Positions 1 to 64,000 of a stretch of DNA of 64,000 nt are shown here, one piece after another. The stretch is from the human T2T-CHM13v2.0 reference genome, Homo sapiens: NCBI RefSeq assembly GCF_009914755.1, contig NC_060940.1; one strand, 5' to 3'. The position numbers were made by a program, and so were the translations under genes. How positions within the stretch are numbered: position 1 is the stretch's first letter; each line of letters begins with the position of its first letter. Under the pieces are notes generated by a model, which made no database searches, was not told the origin of the DNA, and saw only the letters and a program-made list of their open reading frames with translations.

Positions 1-128
1 AATTATTTCACTTCTTGGTTTGTTTAGGTGATTTATGTTTCTTTTCCTCAGGCCTCTAGTTTTCCCTAGAGCCTAGATGGTGTCTGGTACATTAGTGGGT
101 GCTCAATACGTACTTGCTGAATGAATGC

Positions 129-489
129 TGATGTGGTTTGGCTGTGTCCCCACCCAAGTCTCATCTTGAATTGTAGCTCCCATAATTTCCATGTGCTGTG
201 GGAGGGACCTGGTGGGAGGTAATTGAATCATGGGGGCCGTTTCCCCCATACCGTTCTCACGGTAATGAATAAGTCTCACAGATCTGATGGTTTTATAAGG
301 GGTTTCCCTTTGTGCTTGCTTCTCATTCTCTCTTGTCTGCCACTATGTGAGACGTCCCTTTCGCCTTCCACTATGATTGTGAGGCCTCCCCAGCAGTGTG
401 CAACTGTGAGTCCATTAAACCTCTTTTTCTTTATAAATCACCCAGTCTTGGGTTTGTCTTTATCATCAGCATAAAAACAGTACAATACA
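129..489 (+). mobile_element. THE1-family MaLR solo LTR
   Basis: TGATGTGGTTTGGCTGTGTCCCCACCCAAGTCTCATCTTGAATTGTAGCTCCC start, ...AATACA end, 5-bp TSD aatgc/aatgg. Confidence 0.85.
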
Positions 490-742
490 AATGGGCTTGT
501 TAATGCAGCTGTAGGGGCCAACACCTTCCAATAAGACGGCCTCCTGTCTTGCCACATTTTGGCTTCCAAGGCTCCGAGCCCGTTTCTCCTTGTGTGTACA
601 CGTCTGTGTGTGTGCACCTGTAGGTTACAAATCCCTTGGCAACCTTAACACCAATGCATTGTTCCCACACCTGGCCTAGAAACTCAGAGCCACCCCCACC
701 CCCACTGCCCCCCTTCTTAGCCAGGGCAGCAGCGCAGCTCAC

Positions 743-11396
<10,654 letters not shown>

Positions 11397-11952
11397 GGCC
11401 GGCCTCTGCTCACTGCTGGTCACACGCTCAGCACCCTGAGCTCTGGCCAAGCCCAGACTGCCTCTGCACGCCCTCCTCCCACCTCCTTCCCACCTCCCCC
11501 TGGCAGACATGAAGACAAGTGGCCCGGCAGGGCTGCCAAGAAGCCTGGGGTGGCCTGGGCAAAGGACTCTGGGAAGGGTGGCTGCAGGGGGATGACGGTT
11601 AGGCAGCGGAGGTTAGGCCAGTCCTGGGCGTAGAGCCTGCTGTCCACAGGATGCTGGGGAGAGGGCTGCCCGCCCTGTCCTTCTCAGCCCTGATTCTCCA
11701 GGCTCACAGGCTAGATCTTTGATCTAGCAATTGCAATTCAACCCAGAAATCCAAAAGCTCTGAAAGCAAAACGAATTTTTTTTTCTTTGTTTTTTGAAAT
11801 AGGGTCTCATTCTCTTGCCTAGGCTGGAGTGCAGTGGTTTGATCACAGCTCACTGTAGCCTTGACCTCCTGGGCTCAATAGATCCTCTTGCCTCAGCCTC
11901 CTGAATAGCTGGGACAATCGGCATGTGCCACCATGTTGCCTAATTTTTGTAG

Positions 11953-12087
<135 letters not shown>

Positions 12088-12189
12088 TAAATAAATTTGA
12101 AACAAACTCATTTGAGGGCACGTCTGCCTTGAACTGAGGCAAACTTCCTTAAAGGGGCACCGTCCAATTGAAATAGAATTGGAGCTACA

Positions 12190-12645
12190 AAGATGAGCCA
12201 TGTGTGCATTTCGAAATTTCCTAGTAGCCACATCTAAGAAAGCAGCAATAAGCAGGTGAAGTTAATTTTAACGATCTAGTTTATTTGACCCAGTTATTTA
12301 AAATATTATAATTACATCTGTAATCAATATAGAAATGATTTGTTTTTATTTTTGTCATACTAAGTCTTTGAAATTGATGAGTAGTTTATGTTCACAACAC
12401 AATTGTTTTATTTTGTTATTTTATTTTTAAGAGACAGGGTCTCATTCTGTTGCCCAGGCTGGAGTGCAGTGATGTGGTCATAGTTCACTGCAGTCTCGAG
12501 CTCCTAGGCTCAAGGGACCCTCGCGCTTTAGCCTCCCAAGGAGCTGGCACTCCAGATGTAAGCCACCATGCCAGGCTAAGCACATTTCAATTCAGACTAT
12601 CCATATTTCAGGGGCTTGATAGTCACATGTAGCTGGTATACTGGG
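12190..12645. mobile_element. MER33/MER3-like DNA transposon split by an Alu monomer
   Basis: aaatttcctagtagccacat...gaagttaattttaa...atagtcacatgtagctgg. Confidence 0.55.
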
Positions 12646-12648
12646 CAG

Positions 12649-13007
12649 TGTCTTAGTTTTGTGCTACTACAACAGAATACCTGAGACTGAGTAATTTATA
12701 AAGAAAAGAAATTCATTTGGCTCATAGTTCTGGAGGCTGGGAAGTCCAGGTTCAAGGGGTTGCATCTGGTGGGGGTCTTCTTGCTATATCATCCCACGGT
12801 GGAGGGCAGAAGGGCACGAGAGCTGGAGAGAGAGAGAAGAGAAAGAAGCTAAACTCATTCCTTTATCAGGTACACGCTTTTGCAATAACAGCATGAATCC
12901 ATTCATGAGGGCAGAGGCCTCATGAAAGATTCCATCTCTCAACACTGTTGCATTGAGAATTAAGGTTCCAACATACGAACTTTAGGGCACACATTCAAAC
13001 CACAGCA
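12649..13007 (-). mobile_element. MaLR LTR (MLT1A/MST-like)
   Basis: tgtcttagtt...aatacctgagactgagtaatttataaagaaaagaaa...ttctggaggctgggaagtcc...cacattcaaaccacagca. Confidence 0.7.
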
Positions 13008-13379
13008 GAGAGTGAGGACCTAGCGTCCTTATTGGTTTCATTCAGTGTGAATGCGCATCTGTTTCCTTGCAGAAATGTTAATGTTGGTTTCCTGGGTGCT
13101 GTCCCAAACCTTGCTGGGGCTGTTGTATGTATGTGCACCACATTATCTTTCTAAAATCCCAACAATTTTGAATTCAGAAACATACTTGGTCCCAAGGGCT
13201 TCAGCAAACAGATTACAGATCTGTAATAATAATCAAAAGAACACCACTAAAGTGTGTATTTGATGCTCCCTATGTGCAGATGCTAGGTTAGGGCTTCTCC
13301 ACCTTTTAATTTCGTCATTGTTCTTTTTTCTACCCCCGGAGTGTTTTTAGACGTTTTAATCCTGAAAAATCTTTAGTAA

Positions 13380-15155
<1,776 letters not shown>

Positions 15156-16305
15156 CTTCATAAAATTTTAATACTGCAGATATACTGCATGCTTGTGTAT
15201 TGTATCATTATCTGTGCTTTATACATAAAAAGGGTAAGGATGTTTTGCTCCCCAAGAGCCATTTTTGCCCCCTTGGGAGCACCACTGGGAACAGAGGTTC
15301 TAGGGGAAGCTTGTCATTGTCATTACTTCTGTTAATCCTTGATCACCCCTCAAGTGGGTGCTCAGTCAACCTGAACAAAATCTGAGGCTCCAAGGGAGAT
15401 TGAGTGACTTATCCATATATCCTCTTGATTGTTGGAAAGACTGGATCTCATGTGGAATGGATGCCAAGTGAGAAAGCCGGACAGGTGGGCTGGCCCAGCT
15501 ATGAAACCGCCCCCCTGCTGGGGATGGCTCCGTCCCCTCTCTCCAGGAGACACCACGGCAACTCCCTCCCCGACGGAGGTTCACCTACCAGAGGGAGGCA
15601 TCTACTTTTGGTTTGTCATCACCATAGTCTTTATCCTCTTAGCTCATCAGAGCAGGACAGGCTCTCAAAGACTTGAAGTTCCCCTCCCTTAATTCACAGA
15701 CGAAGAAAGCAAATTGATGGGGAGTGACTCGCCCGAGGTGGAGCAGGAAAGCCAGGAGTCCTGAGGCTGAGGTCCCAGATCCCTACCTGTCCCATTACAG
15801 AGCGTCGACAGAGTTGGGCAGGCGATGTGTCACAGGCCTCCACCCCAGCACACGCAACCTGGAGGCAGGGGCCTCGCTGGGAACTGGAGGATAAATGCCG
15901 CTGCCAGCATGTTTGTATGCCCATCCCTGCTGTCTGCAGATACTTACTCGTCCTTCCTTTCCTTCTGAAAGCTCGGGTTTCAAGGTCTGGCTTAAGGCGT
16001 GAGCTGTCCCTTCTGAATCCATAGAAAGGGAGTGATGGGGCAATTGTGAAAAGCAGATGCAAAGTGTGCCAAGCCCTGAGCTGAGCCCAGGGACACTGGG
16101 GAGCCACATCCATGTGGGCTACCCTGTCCCGTGGGTGCTGCCTGTGGTCCTCATCAGGGGAGGAGTCTTGTTTGTTTGTTGAATACGGTCTGGGTGGTGG
16201 CTCTCCAGGTTCTGCGGCAGCTCCCAAGTGGAGGCAATGGGGTAGCATCACCAGTGAGCTCTTGGTGTTTCTCTGCAAGGGACCGCTTTCAAAGAAAAAA
16301 GGTCA

Positions 16306-16661
16306 TGATACGGTTTGGCTGTGTCCCCACCCAAATCTCATCTTGAATTCCCATGTGTTGTGTGGAAGGGACCCAGTGGGAGGTAACTGAATCATGGGGT
16401 CAGGTGTTTCCCGTGCCGTTCTCGTGATAGTGAATAAGCCTCACGAGACCTGATTGTTTTATAAAAAGGAGTTTTCCTGCAGAAGCTCTCTTTTTGCCTG
16501 CTGCCATCTATGTAAGAGGTGACTTGCTCCTCCTTGCCTTCTGCCATGATGGTGAGGCCTTCCCAGCCATGTGGACCTGTAAGTCCATGAAACCTCTTTC
16601 TTATGTAAAGTGCTCAGTCTCGGGTATGTCTTTATCAGCAGCATGAAAACGGACTAATACA
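16306..16661 (+). mobile_element. THE1B/C-like solo LTR about 690 bp upstream of the ALG1 ATG
   Basis: TGATACGGTTTGGCTGTGTCCCCACCCAAATCTCATCTTGAATTCCC...GAAAACGGACTAATACA; TSD ggtca/ggcca. Confidence 0.88.
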
Positions 16662-17121
16662 GGCCATCGCAGAGACACACATTAAACTCTCACTATGGCT
16701 ACTTTGGGAGGTGAAATTGGAGGGTCACTGTGGAAATTTCCTTTCTAGCCATTGATACTTAAGCAAAATCATGATGGTGTTTACTTCCTTGTTTGTCCTT
16801 CCCCCTCTCTACCTTTTAAATGTTTTATTAAGTGTGATGTACACCCTGGAAAATGGGCAGGTAATGTGCTGCTTGAGGTACCGCCCCAAATGCAGCACAC
16901 CCACATTACCAGCACCAGATCCAGAAGCAGAACCCACCAGCCCCTAACTTCTAACAGCGAGGACTGGTTTTTATTTACATAGACGGAACTCTACAATTCG
17001 TACTCGTCAGCATCTGGCTCCTTTATCAATGTTAGGATGAAATTTATCCAAATTCTTGTGTCACTATATTTTGAAATTATCTTTGAATCCTGAAGAGAGT
17101 TCTTAGATCCCAATACAGTAA

Positions 17122-30383
<13,262 letters not shown>

Positions 30384-31135
30384 CTCCTGGGCCAGAGGCT
30401 ATAAAACCCCAGGACCCCTGCTGTCCTTCCCGCAGCTTCTTCTTGGAGTCTCAGGGCAAACCCTTTCGAGCAGCACCTCCCAGTGGCCAGAAGCTGAAAT
30501 GACAGCAGTGGTACTGCCTGGTAAAAGAATTGGTTCTGTGACCCGGGAAGCTTTGGTTGGCCTTGATTTCTTCTCTGGAGGCTTGGAAACGCTTCCTCTC
30601 TTCTTCTGTTCTTCACGCCCCATGCCCCTGCTAGCGTATTACTGTTCTGTGACTTCCCTGTGACCTCTGCAGAACTCCTCATCCTGCGTTTGGTCTCCAG
30701 GTGTCCCCTTTCTGCCGTGTTCCTAACATTTTGATTCCTGTCTTGAAAAAAGCACCTGCTGCACCGTAAGCCCAGGGATGTGGCAGCTGCAGTGGGCTTG
30801 GCTTTGTGAGGAACTGAGTGTGTCCACGTTGGGGGAACATCATACTTGATACACACGTTTTTATTTGCACAAAGAAAATGCTATTTTTGGAGCCAGAATT
30901 TTCATGTCTGATTTATGGTGATTTTCTTAAGAACCAGAACTGCTGGCAGAAAGGGGGCACCCACACGCTTAGATAGCCGATGTCTTATTAGAGGGCAGTT
31001 TGTGGTTCCTGATTTGGAAATTAACATTCTCCAAACATTCCAGTCCAATGAAAGTTTTATCCGCTTTCCCATATAAAAATTCTTCCCATGAGAGTGACTT
31101 GATTCTCACAATCCCGTTGGAGTCGTGTGTGAGTC

Positions 31136-43246
<12,111 letters not shown>

Positions 43247-45646
43247 GACGTGGGCGGGGCCGCAGCGTTGCCGGCAGACCGGGCGGAAGCCCGGCCTGGA
43301 CTGAAGAGGGGGCGGGCCCAGGGCAGTGCGCGGGGGCAGAGAGGGGGCGGGGCCCGGGGGTCCCCCGGGAGTCAGGAGGAACGTCGTGGGGGCGGACTCT
43401 AGGGCGGGGCCAGGATGATTGTTATGAGGGCGGGGCCTGGGGTGGGGCCAGGATAAGCGTCGTTGGGGCAGGTCCTGGGTAGGGGGCAGGTCCTGGGTAG
43501 AGTCCAGGTTGGCGGGTCCTGGGGCGGGGCCAGGATAGGGCGATCCTGGAAGCTGGGCTTCAGAAGCGTCCAGGTTGGTGGCGTCCTGGAGGCGGGGCCT
43601 TGCGTGGGGGCAGGATAAGAGTCCTGGAGGCGGGCATTAGGGCAGGGATAAACGCCATTGGGTTCAGGAGGCGAGACTCGGAGCAGAGCCCAGGAGACAG
43701 GTCTTAGGGCGGCGCTAAGGCCAGACCCAGAGAAGAGCTCAGGAGGCGGGGCCGGGGCGGGGCGTTGACTATGTCGTAGCACATGGCCAGGCGGTGCTCG
43801 GACTCTGGGAGGCGGAGCTTAGGACGGGGCGACGTGGGGAGGGGCCCAGGGTCCGGGAGGCGGGGCCGAGTCCGGGCTGCGGGCTGCGCTCAGGAGGCGG
43901 GCCCTGGGAGGCGGAGCTTAGGGAGGGGCCGGTGTCGGGAGGGACCCAGGGACTGGGAGGCCGGTCGGGGCTGGGCTCAGGGGCCGAGACCTAGCTGGGC
44001 TTGGGGCGGGGCCGAGACGGAGCGAGGGGTCCAGGGCGTGGGAAACGGGGAGGGGTTTGAGGAGGGGATCGGAATGTGGCTCAAGTTCGGGAGGCGTTAC
44101 CTGTGGAGGGTTTGAGGCAGGCCCAGCAGCGAGGCCACGGTCTGCCGACGCGGGGCCAGGGGCGGGCCCCAGGATCCGGAGCTTAGGGCGGGGCCGAGTC
44201 CGGGTTTGGGGACCGGGAGGCGGGGCCGGTTAGGGCGAGGGTCCCTGGGATCGTCGGGTCAGGCCTTGGGCCAACGTAGGCACTCTCGCAGTTCCTCCGC
44301 CTTCAGGAAGGTCTTTTTGGCAGGGGCCCTACGGGTGCGCGCTTCGGTCCTGGAGGCCTTATCCAAGCCTCCTCTCCATCAGCGCCACCCGTCTGGGGTC
44401 CGAAAGGAGGGAGCTTTCCCTCTGTCCCCCAGCCTTTGGACTGTCACCAAACAAGCCATTCGTTCACCAAATACTTATTAAGCGCCTACCAGGTACCTGA
44501 CAAGGGAGATGTAACGGTGAGAAAAACTAGGTGTGGTCCAGGCCCTCCAGGGGCTCAGGGGCTCGTGGAAGAAGTGGACATTGAAGTATTCATCACACAA
44601 ATGAGTATAAAAGTACAATAGCGATATCTGCCACGAAGGCGAGCAGACAGAGCTAGCGGGGCTTGCAGGAGGAGTTTTGATCTTGCAGGGACAGGAAGGA
44701 GGAGTTAGCTCCTGCGGGGAGGGATTGGGGGTGGTGGTGATATAGACGTGGGGACAGAGTGGAAAACAACAAAAATATAATTAATTTAGTTCAAAGTTAT
44801 TGTGTCTTGAGTTGAAAGGCAGGGCAGTTAGCAACACAGTTCAGATTTCAGTACTGCCCCTGAAATCTGAACTGTGTTCAAAGTCTAAAACGTTTACCTT
44901 AGCAAATCCCTCATAAAACTCCATTTGGAAGAGTCCCGAGAGCTAATTTGTAAAGTATACTTGCAGAAGGTAGATGAGGAGACAGATTAAATCTTATTAC
45001 CTCTTTCAGATGAGAGGCTCTTGAGCCCTGCTCAGCTATGAGAATAAGAGGGGAATTAATTCTAATAGAATACACTTGTTCTCGCATAGCTGTTGTTCCC
45101 CACCAGAACCAAATGAGCTCAAGATCTGACAAAGAAAAAAAAAAAGGTTCATCTTTTATTCCCCCAAACACTTTCATTTAAATCAAGAGGGTGGGATGTG
45201 GTTATTGCTGTGTTTTTAGACAGAATCAACAGTTTCTGGGTCTGAGATATTGCATACACCCTCTCAGTCCCTGTATCCTGAGATAGAGTCACCTGATAAT
45301 CCACAGCAAGTCCTAACCAGGGATGGGTCTGGGTGCTTAAGGAAGGTTGGCTTCAGAACTGGGCCAGGGGCACTGCTTTGCTTTTGCTGTTTTGATCAGC
45401 TCTCTGCCTGCAGGAGACAAGGAAAACCAATGGGAACAGGTTAGTTACACTCATAAATCCTGGGCTTATTTTATTAACTCACATAATAGCTATTAATTGC
45501 CTTTCCTCCAAGGAGCAAAAGGGCATATACGGTCAATGCTGTAATAAGTAACACTGTATTATGTTATACTAAAATATTAATAAATCTAGGTTGGTTCAGT
45601 CTTTCCTGATTCCATAGATTGCAAGCAGATTGAGGAAGGACCCTAG

Positions 45647-52514
<6,868 letters not shown>

Positions 52515-52662
52515 TCACCACCATCAGTTTTAGAAATTTTAATTACCCCAGAAGAGACCCTGTATCCATTAGCAGTCACCCCTTATTTCCCCTGACTATC
52601 CCCACCCCTGTCTCTTGGCAACCATCAATCTTTGTTTCTTTGGATTTTCATATTCTGGGCAT

Positions 52663-52726
52663 ATATTATATATGTGTATATATATATGTGTATATATGTG
52701 TATATATATGTGTGTATATATATATA

Positions 52727-52762
<36 letters not shown>
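52663..52762. repeat. (TA)n/(TG)n compound microsatellite within an L1M fragment
   Basis: Direct reading. Confidence 0.9.
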
Positions 52763-53196
52763 AATAGAGTCATCTAATATTTGTCTGGCTTCTTTCACTT
52801 AGCCTAATGGTTTCAAAGTGTATCCAGGTTGTAGCATGAATCAGCCCTTCATTCCATATTTTGGCTGATTAATGTTCCATCACACTGGTAGACTGTACTT
52901 GTTTGCCCATTCACCTGTTGTTGATAGACATTTGTGTTGTTGCCACCTTTTGACAATTATGAATAATTTTGCTACAAGCATCTGTGTGTGTCTTTGTAGG
53001 AAGAGGCTTGCATATTTTTTGATATGGGCAAATGAGAACCAGTGGCAGGAGGCCTCTGTGGTGAATTTTTCTGTGATCTTTGTGTACTCTGTATAATGAT
53101 CACCCACGCAGGCTTGGGGGCAGCACTTAACCTTACATTTCTTTCTTTTTTTTTATGATAGGGTATCTCTCTCTGCCACCCAGGCCAGAGTTCAGT

Positions 53197-55167
<1,971 letters not shown>

Positions 55168-55474
55168 TAGAGATGGTGTTTCACTGTGTTGCCTAGGCTG
55201 GTCTCAAACTCCTGGGCTCAAGCAATCTACCTACCTTAGCCTTCTAAAGTGCTGGGATTACAGGTGGGAGCCGCTGCACCCAGCCCAACCTTACATTTTT
55301 AATCTCAAGTCACTTCTCTCTAGGTTTCAATTTCTTCTTTAGAATGGTGGAACTAAGAGCATCTATTTTATAGGGTTGTTGGGCAGGCAAAATGAAAGAA
55401 CTGCTATTCAATGTTTAGTGAAGCGCTATGCACAATTTTGAATAATGAAGTTGGTGTTTATTTTTTATTGTTTA

Positions 55475-60865
<5,391 letters not shown>

Positions 60866-63800
60866 ACTCTTGATTAACTTGATGGAAATATTTACAGAGA
60901 TTCTTTCTCTTCTGGGTTCTAGCATCTTATCTGTAACATCTGCAGGTAATACATTTTCCTTCCTGATGATAGCATTTCTATGGTTGCTTTCACTTGCAAA
61001 TCCTCTAATACTTATTTATTCCATTTCTGATTGGCATTAGACATAATTCTCAATTTTTAGTGACAGCACTTTTGTTAACTTACATATAAATCATCTTTGC
61101 CTTGAAATGTGACATTGACTAGAAGGATGAAACTTCTAATATGCTGTAGAACATAGTTTGACTGGCTAATTTATTATTGAGAAAAAGCTAATATTGCCAT
61201 TATGAGGGACTTAGGTGGCTCTGAAGAAACAGTTGTATTTCTGATGTTTGCAATGTTAAATCACAGATATTGCCAACGTGAAATAGTTTCCGTATGCTGT
61301 GTTCTCAATACACACCTTTTCCAAAGATATCCCAAGCTGTAGTCTTAGGAAACTGTGATTTTTCTTATTTGGTCTCATAGGAATTTGGGGAGCTATGCGG
61401 GATCTCCATAAAATGAGCTCCAGAAAGACACATGTGTGCGCGCGCACACACACACTCACACATGTACCACACCACACTTGACTCTGTTTATTTGGGACCC
61501 ATGATTATCAGAAGTGCTATTTTCAACAAACACTTCTGAGAAATAATCTGAACACTTAATTGGATGCAAAAGAGTGGGTATTTACTATTCTACCCTTTAA
61601 TTAGCATAATCAGTGTTTCCAGCAGCAAAAGCAGTTGGAAAATCGCTAGTTTTATTAGGTTCATTATTCTCCCTTAGCGTAGTGTGGCATCAGCATGGTT
61701 ATTATTCTTAAATTGCCTCTTTAAAACAAGGGCTGGTGCTTCTTACAGGCAATTCCTAACTCTTGGGTTTTGTAGAGAGTCCAAAATTCTTTAGAACCTA
61801 TAATTCAAGGAAAGGCTCCACTTTGGTTTTACATTTTGTCTGGTCTCTTTGGGTGACAGAATTTATGTCACAAGGCGCACGTGTTTGGGGGAGGCTCATG
61901 GACAGCCCATCGTGCTTGTGCTTTGGTAGGAAGTACGTGCAGTTAAGGGGAAGGAGTTAGTTACTCAGCTAGGGAACAATTGGGTAGAAAGAGATGTACT
62001 CCCTGTATTTGAAATTCAGAACTCAAGCTTGGCTCTAAGTGTTTCCTTGCTTTGCTGTGCTCCAGGGGAGTCACTGAGCAGAAGGAAGCGAGTTGCCTGA
62101 GATTCTTCAAAGCCTGCAGCCCTTTTGGAGGTTACATTTTTATTCTCAGAGCCTTTACGATGCATAATAAAGACCTAGCTTGGACCAATAATTGGATGAG
62201 TTATCTTGCTATTAACATTCTTTTAGGAAGAAGTTGCTGGTCCCATCTTGCTCACAATCCTCCAAAGTTTGAAAGTTATTTTCCAGGAGACTTAGCTTGC
62301 ACTGAGAGCTGCCCTCCCACCCTCTCTCCAAATTTCCTCTTGGGAGTAGCCTAACAAGGTGCTGTCACAGACCCTTGCCAGCCACGATGACCCCACCCAG
62401 ACCATCCCTCTGCTGTTTCACTCTTTGATACTCTCTGGAGCTCTCTGGGGAGGGGTGAGACCTGCCGTCTGGTTTGTATGGTTTGCCCAGGTCTGGCAGT
62501 CATGGCTGGCTGCCTCTCTCTGAGAACTGAGACTCCTGAACTTGGTGAAATACCTCAGTCATCGATCGTGTTGAATTATCGGGGACAGTCATTTAAAATC
62601 CGAGCCTGTTCCAGATGGACTCTCTCTGTTTCTGCCCTGAACGTGAGAGAAGCCCTGCTGGACGGTGGAGATGCTCGTGGGTTGTGAGCAAGGGATGGAA
62701 AGGCTGCCGGGAATCCCATCTTTCCAGCATCATCTGCCAAGGCACATCAGTTCCTGGGTATCTTGATGGGTTCTGGCAGCATTACTGTCATTGAAGGAAA
62801 AATTTTAGCCATATTAAAGGTGAATGCAGCATTCCCCACACAGGCTGCCTGGAAGGGAGGCGGGACAAGGGTAGGTTTTCCCTGTGACGGACAGGAGGCA
62901 GGCGGCCCTCCCACAGCCCTGGTGGCAATGCAGATGTGTCCCCAAAGGTACTGGGGGCCAGCTGGAGTGCTGTGCCGAGGCGGGCTCACCCGGGCCGTGG
63001 GTTCGCTCTGATTGCAGCGGTTTCCCACCAGCTCTTTGGAGAGCTGGCAGATGGCCCAGCCCCACCGCAGGAGCCACGAATGGCAGAACAAGATACAACA
63101 ATTTGATATCCACTTGCCAGACGAGCTGGGTGTCGTCAGTCGCCTGGCTCTGTGCCCAACCTCTTTTTGCATAAACACTTATGAGTTCAGCCAGGAGGAA
63201 AAGCACTCTGATTATGAATTGAGCAGAAGGAAACAAAGTTTTGCAGATAAACACCAATGAGACAAAAAACCACGAATAAGAAAAATGACAGAAAAGGAGA
63301 ACCTTCCCAGAAGCCTCCTGCCAGTGAACGGCCACCAGAGCAAGAGCATGGAGGCCCTGGGTTTTGAACTGTGAGATAAGGAAGATGATGAAAACCTCCC
63401 TAGCAGCCAGACAAGCACAAGATTCCTGTGAAATCCAGGTCTAAGTGTTTTGACCACAGAAGTAATATTATGTCATAGGTGAGAGCTGTGAGTTGCTGAA
63501 CCCAAAGTGAGTTCAAATCCGGGTTCTGCCTCCTGCAACCTGTGTGACTTTGAGAAGTTCCAGCACCGCTTTCTGCCTCAGTTTTCTCATCTGTTAAATG
63601 GGCATAATCACAGCTCCCGCCTCAGAGTTGTTGTAAATTAATACATGTAAAGCACTGAAATCAGCCTGGTATACAGTAAGTGTTATGAACGTTATTTTCT
63701 TGGAAGGACAGAAGTTATTTTCATGGTCTAAGCCTGAAAATCTAAAAAATGTGAGAGAAGAGGAAAGAATCTAGAGTGTCACCATGAGGGGGAAAAGTCC

Positions 63801-64000
63801 ACTTGAAGCAGGACAGGGTCATTGACAATTTCCTGTGATTCTACAGCTGCCTTGTACACTATGGTAGCTCCTAGCCACTTGTTGTTTAGATTTTGTGATT
63901 TAGAAATGAATTAAGGCTGGGTGTGGTGGCTCATGCCTGTAATCCCAGCACTTTGGGAGGCTAAGGTGGGCAGAACACCTGAGGTCAGCAGTTCAAGATC

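Noticed and set aside
62747-63457. Overlapping 80-170 aa ORFs in non-repetitive-looking sequence
   Set aside because: No recognisable protein similarity or exon structure; may be a lncRNA exon but cannot be supported from sequence alone.

Overview
Human (primate) genomic DNA, recognisable as the 16p13.3 C16orf89-ALG1-EEF2KMT locus. It contains: (i) the first six coding exons of C16orf89 (minus strand, 743-11396; the gene continues off the left edge); (ii) the complete 13-exon ALG1 CDS (plus strand, 17350-30383; exon lengths sum to 1395 nt = 464 aa + stop); (iii) the complete 8-exon EEF2KMT/FAM86A CDS (minus strand, 31136-43246; 993 nt = 330 aa + stop), tail-to-tail with ALG1 and probably overlapping it; (iv) a single disabled ENPP7-like exon (56351-56973, minus). 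The rest is a very Alu-dense landscape with THE1/MLT/MER66/LTR12 LTRs, hAT-type MER DNA transposons, L1/MIR fragments and microsatellites. All exon boundaries were read as GT-AG with consistent phase. Most ORFs in the supplied track are Alu, microsatellite or antisense noise. This is a well-studied locus and I see no wholly new system. The best leads are: the ENPP7-like exon looks like the fossil of an old, once-functional ENPP7 paralog rather than a recent ENPP7 copy; a three-level nested Alu/MER66/LTR12C insertion with all target-site duplications still visible, oriented towards EEF2KMT; transposon-donated back-to-back poly(A) signals in the ALG1/EEF2KMT overlap; CLEAR, YY1 and CREB3-type motifs at the ALG1 promoter; and a prenyltransferase/QW-like repeat motif in the uncharacterised C16orf89 protein. 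Repeat family names are recalled from consensus sequences and need RepeatMasker/Dfam confirmation.
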